Source of the DNA: Glycera tridactyla
Lineage: Eukaryota
Direction of reading: 5' to 3'
NCBI GenBank assembly: GCA_965644265.1
Contig: OZ286466.1
Span: forward strand, 29,760,001-29,824,000
DNA: 64,000 bases
Shown here: positions 55,063 through 64,000 of the stretch, in pieces
How the letters are laid out: each line of letters opens with the position of its first letter
How positions within the stretch are numbered: the first letter of the stretch is position 1
Notes under the pieces: generated by a model
Database searches by the model: none
Seen by the model: only the letters and a program-made list of their open reading frames with translations
What the model was told of the DNA's origin: nothing
Translations under genes and position numbers: made by a program

Positions 55063-58000
55063 TAAGGTTTCACTACATCAGAAGCTGGCTGCTGGATGGA
55101 CAAGAGAAGTCGGAATATGACAGACGTCCAAATATGGGAGCATGTATGCGAATCCTGTACTTCGTCAACTACAAAACCACCCTAACCATCCTTGGCAATG
55201 ATTTGATATTGTGTACTATTGGGAAATCTCACTTATTCCAAATGTGTAATAGTATTGAACAAAAACAGAATTTTCGGAATTCCTAAATGGTATTCCAGCC
55301 CTCAAGCTTATCCCACTCACCCATCATCATTACTCAATTAATATTCAATGCCTCAAAACAATAATTGCTTCACCTAGATGAGTAGTCATCTAGATTTTAT
55401 AACTCTCTTATAGAACTATTGAACCAATTACTCATAGAATAGGAACCCCAAGTTGCTTCATGTTGAAACAGTTGCAGGAACAAGTGCCTTCTTCAGATTG
55501 TAGCATGCAAAGACTTCCAATGAACTGAACCCTTATAAGGGCCTGGAGTGGACCGCCTTATACCAAAGAGCCTAGAAGGTACAACAGCACTCGAGCCAAA
55601 GGTCATTCACAAGGTCGTTCACATTCACAGCTATTACACTGAATGATGGATAAGCACCATCTAGTGTACACAGTGAAAAAGAAAGAAAATACCATTCTTC
55701 CGAGAAATACCGTTCTAGCCATCCAATGGGAGGAAGAAATCTCTTTCTGTCCCATACTTGACTCAGTTGACTGATATATTTCTGGACTGTTCCACCCCTT
55801 TGAGACATCAGCACCCATCACTGATTTAAGATATATCCATTAGCAATGGCGAGCAAGTTTTCTTTTAGTGATCCTAATGTACTGCATGAGTTCTCCTTTT
55901 GTCCAGGGTACATAGCAAGGTCTTTACATATAGTACATCCCGCTAGGAATTCCTCTCAATTCGATCATTTTTGAAAGGGAAAAACAGACAGGAAGACCGG
56001 AGTGTTGAATGGTCAGAAGCCAGACTACCCCAGTACTGGGCTGAAGGAATGAGCAAAAGGTACGGATACGGAGGGAGATCATTGATAGAGAGGGGGGGGG
56101 GGGGGGGGGGTGGTGATATCTTATAACAATGTCACAGATCCCATCATCAAATCAGTGCAATTCAGTCNNNNNNNNNNNNNNNNNNNNNNNNNNNNNNNNN
56201 NNNNNNNNNNNNNNNNNNNNNNNNNNNNNNNNNNNNNNNNNNNNNNNNNNNNNNNNNNNNNNNNNNNNNNNNNNNNNNNNNNNNNNNNNNNNNNNNNNNN
56301 NNNNNNNNNNNNNNNNNNNNNNNNNNNNNNNNNNNNNNNNNNNNNNNNNNNNNNNNNNNNNNNNNNNNNNNNNNNNNNNNNNNNNNNNNNNNNNNNNNNN
56401 NNNNNNNNNNNNNNNNNNNNNNNNNNNNNNNNNNNNNNNCACATTAAAAACTACAGAATACCCAGTATGCTGTGGAACCACTCCATAAATGGGACTTATT
56501 GTTGGTTATCAAATGTGAACAGAAGTGGACGAGTGGATTGGATATTGCTAGAGGGGGTGGCGTGCGTATCGGCGTACAGTCGGGTAAATCGTGCATGTAA
56601 GTTATCGCATAATAGGCACGGCATTGTAGGCACTAAACAACGAAGCATAATCAGCCTGTTTGGCCCGTGATGAATGCGTTCATGGCATGTCCTCTCCTGT
56701 CTAATAGACATATAAGGTTGCAGCAGCCAGGGGGGAGGCACCCGTCAACTGCCCGATACAGACTGCAGCGCCATGTGTTATTGACTGGCACCATATCCAA
56801 TACGTATCACAGACCACCCAAGAATTGCGGTTGGTTCGTCTCAAAATTTTCACTGACCACCATCGACCATCTCAAATAATCCTGCCTGGGTTGAAGAGAC
56901 ATTCGGCGTTTCTCAATCCATCAATAAGTCTCCAAGGACTTATGACATAGAAATTGCATTTGATAAATCAAGGTTTGTGTACGTCATGTGTTCCAGGTCT
57001 ATTAAGGTGCAATACCTCATCCTTTGTAGCATCACTATGAGCACTGGGCAGCCAAAAAAGGGTCAGCTCAAACACACCTTTACCGACAGAGAATAAAGAG
57101 GATCCTATATCTTATCATATGCGTTCATTACCAGCAGGAAAAGGCAAAGGTCTTCAACAAATGACAGTATTTGAAACAAGGATGAAATTAGGCTGAAGAA
57201 AAATTCAACCAGTTCTCTATCACTCAATGAGTGAACTTTGATTACTAATATCAAAATATCAATATAAGCTCAATTGATTTAGAAAAGTTTGAGTGAGTAA
57301 ATGGAGGAGATTTACTCAGCATGAATAATGAAAACATGGCGCACACATGCATCCTTCAACCTCATAATTTCAGACACAGTGGATTGTGGGGACAACTTCA
57401 CTGACTGAAAGCTGCATTATCTTAGGACAATCTGTGCTCATCGGATAATTGAAGAAGCCAGGATCACTGCAGGAAAATGCTGCTATGACCCACCCATTGT
57501 CAGCCATAAACTGAAATATCCGCAGATATCTTGCCTTTCACATATTACTTGTGGCCATACAATAGTTGTTCAAGTCATTGGTGCAACTAAAAATGAGAAA
57601 AGATTGAATGATTCAATTCAAAGCTGAGACAAATGAGAGTTGTACAGATTTAGTTGCATCCAAGGGTTGAAATACAACTCAGGCAGGAATGGGTTAATAT
57701 GTATGAGATACAACATTCGGTGCTTAGTTTGACCCATAAATGTCCTTGAATTTGACCCATAAATGTCCCATAAATGTCCGCCAATCTCCACCCTGATTGA
57801 GCATTGCATGCATGCTAAGACATAAAGAATCCAAACACAGCGGTGATGCACAAAACAACCCCCTCCCCTCACCCACACCCACCCACCCAACTCCCCATCC
57901 CACCCAACTCCCTGCAAAACATACAAACACACATGCATGATTCTTCTTCCCCACCCATTACTTTCATCGACCTTGTTTGCCCTGATTCCTCACTGAGCTG

Positions 58001-59653
58001 CATTCAACTGTGGACATATTAGGATCAACAAAGTGGTGAAGGATCAACAACATTCCCATAAAACTGGGTCAATAATGACCTCTGAATCTAGGTCAATATT
58101 GACTACTCGGATCTCGCGGGAAGATGCGATCTCACGGGAAGATTGGTCATCTGAGGCTGATTCGGAGTGAGTTGGCGGCAAAACAAACTAATGAAGGGGA
58201 ATGATCATAAAATTCCAATTACCAGCTTCTGTAGCCATATAAACAGCTCAAAAATACAGACATTAAATATGGAGCAAGTGTATTTATTAGCAAAATACCT
58301 CCATAAAATCTAACAGGGTTTTTTGACAGCTTGCACTATTTCCATGACTTCTTCATCACTCCCACATTTCACGCGCCCACCCACAATATCACCGCTCGCA
58401 TTTCACGTGCATACATCTCACCTACATATCATCGCCCACAATTCAAACTGCATATTATCGTGAAACAATGCTGGTGGGATAAATGAAATCTTTTTGTCAT
58501 GCATGGCTTACTCGGCATTAGCTAAAATATTCATTGACTAGACCAATATTCAAGAAGCCAAATCCAAAGTTGTGTCACCAGCAACAGTGCAGTCTGTGAG
58601 TATCAAATGTTCCTCCAGAATAATTTCCCCAAAGTCATAGGCTACTATACCTGCTCTCAGCAAGCACCTGTCATGAGAGACCACTTTCCATGTAATTCAG
58701 TGTTAGTCTATCAGATTACACTGCATTCAGCCACAGGTAAACCTGTCTACAAGACTATGATAAGTTTCATCAGGATATGGTCTATGTAGACAGGTGGTCT
58801 TTCTTGGGACTCATACTTACTGTTAAAAATGCTGTGTTGGTCACCACTCAAAGTGGCCTTTGTAGGTAGGTGGGCTCTGTATTGAGGTGATCTCTCACAC
58901 AAGCTCAACTCTTTGGGTAATCTATACTGGATACACCTCATTATGGGTTGATTGTAACTGATATAGAGTTTAGGGGCCAGCTGTATTATTGGCCAGCACT
59001 AACTAACGCTAGAGTGATATTTCCTGCAGCCAACTTGGCTAAGGCACCTTTAGCCAAAAGCATTGTGAGATGACATCATGTTTACCATCACTTTCATTTC
59101 AGGTATGTGCATCAAGTTCAAGACATGAGGTATCTTATTTAGTCCCCCAATCATATACTGTATATGAAATGCAGATTTATGACTCATGACCTATAGCTGA
59201 TACAATCCCTGTCTTCATTCAATATAAATATATCCAAATTTCAATCAGCCCATTGCTTGGCATTTCCCTCAGCCAAATGAGAAATAATTTGCTAGCCCCT
59301 GGCTACCTACTGGCAGGTAGCAATCTAGAGCTGTGCTGTATAAGTTGCTGAGCCACGGTAACTATAGCAACACTTCATCAGCAACCAATCTGTCTCTCAA
59401 ATAACCTGCCACCTCAACCATGATGAGAAATCACACAGAAAATTTGGGTCCACTCAGACGGAGAAAAGACTGCATCTCTAACGAAACTACAGTATAACAG
59501 TTTGCGGCTGCTGATGGATATGCACTCATTCATCAGCCATTATCAACTGTTCTGGGGAGGAAAAAAGCCAGTTGGGATCAACAGGAAGTTCGGGCCACAA
59601 ACGAGGATCTGGAATTCATCCTGGATCAAGCTAACCCTGTTATATCCCAATCT

Positions 59654-59841
59654 CAAAGATACCAAACTTCGATGAACGAGACCAGTGATAAAGCTAATTT
59701 CGAAGAGTAATGATGGCAGTATTTGCGATGATCAAATAACAGGATCCAACCTTTCTTGAAGTGATGTAATACATGAATGCAAAAGTTCTGGCTCAAATAG
59801 AGTAATCATTACTCCAAAATTTCAGATAGTTGGCATCCCTG
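59654..59841 (+). mobile_element. MITE-like family copy ending GTTGGCATCCCTG
   Basis: Aligns with the 26072-26260 and 19555-19726 copies. Confidence 0.65.
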
Positions 59842-60680
59842 CAATCTCAAGAAAATTGCTGAATATCACATCCTTTCCATACTGACAATTCCAAGATGAA
59901 AATTGTGAGTACTCAATTGAGAATTCAATGGTCTTTATGGTCCCTAAACAAGAAATGCCACACTTCTCATCCCCATGTCACATAATCAGTCTTCTTCACA
60001 TGTTGCCTGAACATTGATCATTCAAAATAATTTCAGAATACTCAAGTAGGGAGTGATTCCTAACTCCACATTCCATGATTGTATTCAAGGTGAATATGGA
60101 GATTAAAGGGTCACCTGCATGTTTGTGTAAACAAGAGGAGGGGGGCATGCTAGCACGCTACACCTGCCCCAATGTAAACAAACACTGGGTGTGTGGGCTC
60201 TCCAGAGAGGCAGAATCTAGGTCAACACGCTCCACTTATGGAATGATGGGACATCAATGGGCTGCAGTGCATTGTGGGAGCTATGACGGGTCACAGCCGA
60301 CTGGTCCTGATTTACAACCAAGCTCTATGCCCCCATCTAGCTTGCATCGCAGTTAGGGCAGTTCTTCCGAAGCATCGCAGTTTAGGGCAGTTGCAATACT
60401 GAATATGCTTGAATCATGATGCTCAACTTGACAAAAAAACTGCCCCCCCCCCCCCACTTGCTCTTGCACAGTCATCCCATGTGCAAGAAGTCATAAAATG
60501 TGTCCGTACAGTATGGAGACCCGTTAGCTATAGCCACTCCAATAAAATCTGCCCTAAACGAAAGACACTGCTGGTCAAGTCAATAAAATCTGCCCACAGT
60601 AAACCACAGCCTCCCACTCCAATCAGGGAAAGTCTCTTCAATCTGATGTGCCTCAAGTGATAGCAGTTTGTCCCGATAAT

Positions 60681-61366
60681 ATGTGCCTCAAATCCATTGA
60701 TGGCAATTCACTCCAATCATATGTGCTTCAAATTCATTGATGGCAATTCACTCCAAATCACAAGTGCCTCAAACACATTGATGGCAATTCACTCCTATCA
60801 CATGTGCCTCAAATTCATTGATGGCAATTCACTCCAAATCACAAGTGCCTCAAACACATTGATGGCAATTCACTCCAATCATATATGCCTCAAATTAATT
60901 GATGGTCATTCATTCTAATCATAGGTGCCTCAAATCCATTGATGGCAATTCACTCCAATCACAAGGGCCTCAAACACATTGATGGCAATTCACTCCGAAT
61001 CACAAGTGCCTCAAATCCATTGATGGCAATTCACTCCAATCATATGTGCCTCAAATTAATTGATGGTCATTCATTCTAATCATAGGTGCCTCAAATCCAT
61101 TGATGGCAATTCACTCCAATCACAAGGGCCTCAAACACATTGATGGCAATTCACTCCGAATCACAAGTGCCTCAAATCCATTGATGGCAATTCACTCCAA
61201 TCATATGTGCCTCAAATTAATTGATGGCAATTCACTCCAATCATATGTGCCTCAAATTAATTGATGGCAATTCACTCCAAATCACAAGTGCCTCAAACTC
61301 ATTGATGGCAATTCACTCCAAATCACAAGTGCCTCAGATTAATTGATGACAATTCACTCCAATCAT
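60681..61366. repeat. 40/41-bp minisatellite, about 17 copies
   Basis: Unit atgtgcctcaaatccattgatggcaattcactccaatcat repeated with variants. Confidence 0.97.
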
Positions 61367-62070
61367 GTCTGCCTTCATATGACTGCTACTAATAGCTACT
61401 AATAGCTACTGATAGCTACACTTTTCTGTATAATGTGCCTCCATGTGAATCATAGCCATTCACTTCAAAGCCATGTGCCCTGATTGAACCATATCACTTC
61501 TCCCAGGACTAAAGGAGATGTGTTGGAGTATACCCAAATGATGCCACTACCAGCGGCATGATACTTTAGGAAGCCATATTATGACCTGGAATGGACTGTA
61601 GCAGGATGCAGTACCAGTCCCCTCTAAAAAGCATAATAATTGACTACCAGATCGTCATGGCGTAATATAGGGGTGAAAATCGTAATCATTACACAAAAAT
61701 CGTAATGGTTGGCATCTCTGGGGTTCTAAAGAATACATTCATGATCCCATTTCTCTAGTTCTGCCAATGAAATGTGCCTTAAATATTTCCATTTTCCATG
61801 ACCATTATTCACAGAATGAAGCAGTAGTGTGGATCCATCCTCTGACGTTTAGAACTAAAATTATTGAAATTAAGATTAAATTATTTTAGTGATTTTTTGA
61901 GTGTGATGATGAGTAATGATGTCAGTAATCAGTAATGATGTCAGTAATTGTGGAAACTGACAAAGATAATCTAGCCTGTATCACCTAATGACGATCCAAG
62001 AAAGAGTAATTACTTCATCCTGATGTTGTTAGCAACTGTGTGCAACTGGAGGGGGGGGGGGGGTAGTAGT

Positions 62071-63021
62071 TAGGCCTTGAACGATCTACCACGGATACGA
62101 ATCGATACGTATCGTGATACGCTGCTCATGATACGATATCTCCACGATATATCTCAAGTATTTTGCGAAAACATCAAGAAATTAGCCTATCTTTCCTGGC
62201 GCCCCACACTCGTAATAATAGTCAGAAACTTACCAAAAAATTCGCCCATGCAGATTGAGGGATGCCAAAGAACCGGATGACCTCGGATTTCCGATAAGAC
62301 ACAGTTAAATCATATTTGCGTACGGCCAAACATGTGGAGTGAAGCGGGCGAAAATGAGGGACTCGCTGGAAAAACAAGACCTTCACGGCCTCGTGCTTTC
62401 GCCATGCAATGAATATGAATGATACCTGATTAAATCCCTATATGGAACGAATCCCGGTAACATTGTGCAGCATACTGTGCAAACCATTTAGCAATACATT
62501 GTACAGTTTCCTCATGATGGCGTGGTGAAAAACTGTTTTGCGACCAAAAGTGAGTGAAAAATCAAGATGGCGTCCGTCGGAATAACACCACGTGCGTTTC
62601 ACACTGCTTGCCTTTAAGCGCGAAACACGGCAAGAAACATTTGTTTTAGTGCTCAAATATGTATGCCAATCGGTTCCCAGGGCCTCGAATATGACAGTTT
62701 GAATGATAAATTCCGAAAATGCAACAAAATGATTGATTTGAGTTGCTATTCGTAAAATAATTCTCGCAAGCGCGAGATGACAACAAGATGCGCAGAAGAC
62801 GTACTTTCATTGGTTCATTCACCCTGGCTGCGCAGGTGTCAAAGCAACATGGCTGCACCCTCGAACAAATGGATTTATCACGTTCGAGGTGTATTTCTTG
62901 CTATTTTCATCAATTAAACAATTTGACGATATATCGTGGACTTTTTCGGGTGTATCGTGACCAGGCTGATACGGAAAAAATAATCGATCCGTGAGTGTAT
63001 CGGCGAATCGTTCAAGGCCTA
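62071..63021. mobile_element. Non-autonomous hAT-type DNA transposon (951 bp)
   Basis: Perfect 15-bp TIR TAGGCCTTGAACGAT / ATCGTTCAAGGCCTA; 8-bp TSD GTAGTAGT (62063-62070 and 63022-63029); subterminal gatacg/cgatat repeats; no transposase ORF. Confidence 0.92.
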
Positions 63022-64000
63022 GTAGTAGTAGTATGGCTTCTGCAATTCGAGGGTAGAATTTGAACAATCACCAGTGATAGTGACAACTAAACCACTCAAA
63101 GCTGACAGCCCTGCTCACATGTGTGACATGCACCCATGAACCATTTCAATGGGCCTGCTATTTCACCATCACTGCGAACCATAGTCGTAAAAGTGCAGCG
63201 ATTAGCAGGCTATTATATTTTTATATTCTGTTCCCATCATGCTCTGAAAAGTAAAAAATGCTGCTAAGTGGGTATATATACTAGAGCTCATCAACTTCCG
63301 ACATAATATCACTTTGTAGAGCCAGATTCACGCCAGCTTAACCTCTCATTGCGGAATCCTAAATCTCGGAAATGGCGCAGAAATACTGTTGGAAAATAGA
63401 ATGTCCTTCATTAATGCATTCCAAGATGGTCTATGTTGGGAGGTGAGGAAGGGNNNNNNNNNNNNNNNNNNNNNNNNNNNNNNNNNNNNNNNNNNNNNNN
63501 NNNNNNNNNNNNNNNNNNNNNNNNNNNNNNNNNNNNNNNNNNNNNNNNNNNNNNNNNNNNNNNNNNNNNNNNNNNNNNNNNNNNNNNNNNNNNNNNNNNN
63601 NNNNNNNNNNNNNNNNNNNNNNNNNNNNNNNNNGATGAAAATAATGACACACCATTATTCAAAACAATGATATTAAAATGTTTGCATAATTTTCACACAA
63701 AACAATCACACGAGAATTTTATGCATACAGCACCGATCAGCCCCATGCCGATGACGTCAATGAGATACCAGATATCCCGGATATGTGGCGGCGTGCATCC
63801 ATTGGGTGTGAATCATGCGGATTTAACGCAATCTTTACAATCATTTCACGATCCAACATCCAAAGATGGCCGACATGCAATGCATTTTCTACAACACCGC
63901 ACTAGCCATAATTCTGTCAAAATCGGTGGAACGGTTCCTGCATGTTTGAATCAATATCCTCCTCCCTGGCCCACAAACCTCTCCGTCTCAGTGCACAAGG

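Larger units (their letters stand above)
13620..63633. other. Assembly gaps: 13620-13806, 23311-23560, 24849-25012, 52471-52615, 54698-54891, 56168-56439, 63454-63633
   Basis: Runs of N. Confidence 0.99.
3865..64000 (-). other. Very large intron of the Musashi gene between the RRM1-linker exon and the RRM2-start exon (>60 kb)
   Basis: No match by eye to the expected upstream exon (IDPKVAFPRRAQPK-like, about 42 nt) on the minus strand; the region is repeat-rich and non-coding. Caveat: a short exon could lie in an N-gap or have been missed. Confidence 0.7.

Noticed and set aside
13465-63670. ORF-track entries spanning X runs or microsatellites
   Set aside because: Artefacts of assembly gaps and simple repeats.
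1-64000. Hammerhead ribozyme cores (CTGATGA...GAAA) on both strands
   Set aside because: The CTGATGA occurrences I inspected (e.g. about 6265, 35358, 36750, 39604, 47698) lack a stem II followed by GAAA; an Infernal scan would be decisive.

Overview
Eukaryotic genomic DNA from a bilaterian animal, probably an invertebrate; the lineage cannot be fixed from sequence alone. It is a draft assembly with 7 N-gaps. The only confidently coding sequence is one 93-nt minus-strand exon (3772-3864) encoding the start of RRM2 of a Musashi-family RNA-binding protein, with the same length and phases as vertebrate MSI1/MSI2 exon 6. I found no other Musashi exon by eye, so the window is essentially a >60 kb intron upstream of this exon plus >3.7 kb of the next intron. 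The intron contains non-autonomous DNA transposons (an intact hAT-type element with an 8-bp TSD, a Harbinger-type MITE nested in another repeat, TA-flanked Tc1/pogo-type MITEs), minisatellites, microsatellites and CpG-rich enhancer-like blocks. The most interesting signals are sequence-only predictions of isoform control around the RRM1-RRM2 junction: (i) an internal promoter and first exon (M-S-I-K, phase 0) that would give an RRM1-less Musashi; (ii) a well-formed 36-nt in-frame cassette exon; (iii) a downstream alternative donor that adds a premature stop and is followed by a dense UAG cluster (Musashi's own binding core), suggesting autoregulation; (iv) a candidate poison or terminal exon. 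All four need transcript evidence. The other ORF-track entries look like chance ORFs.
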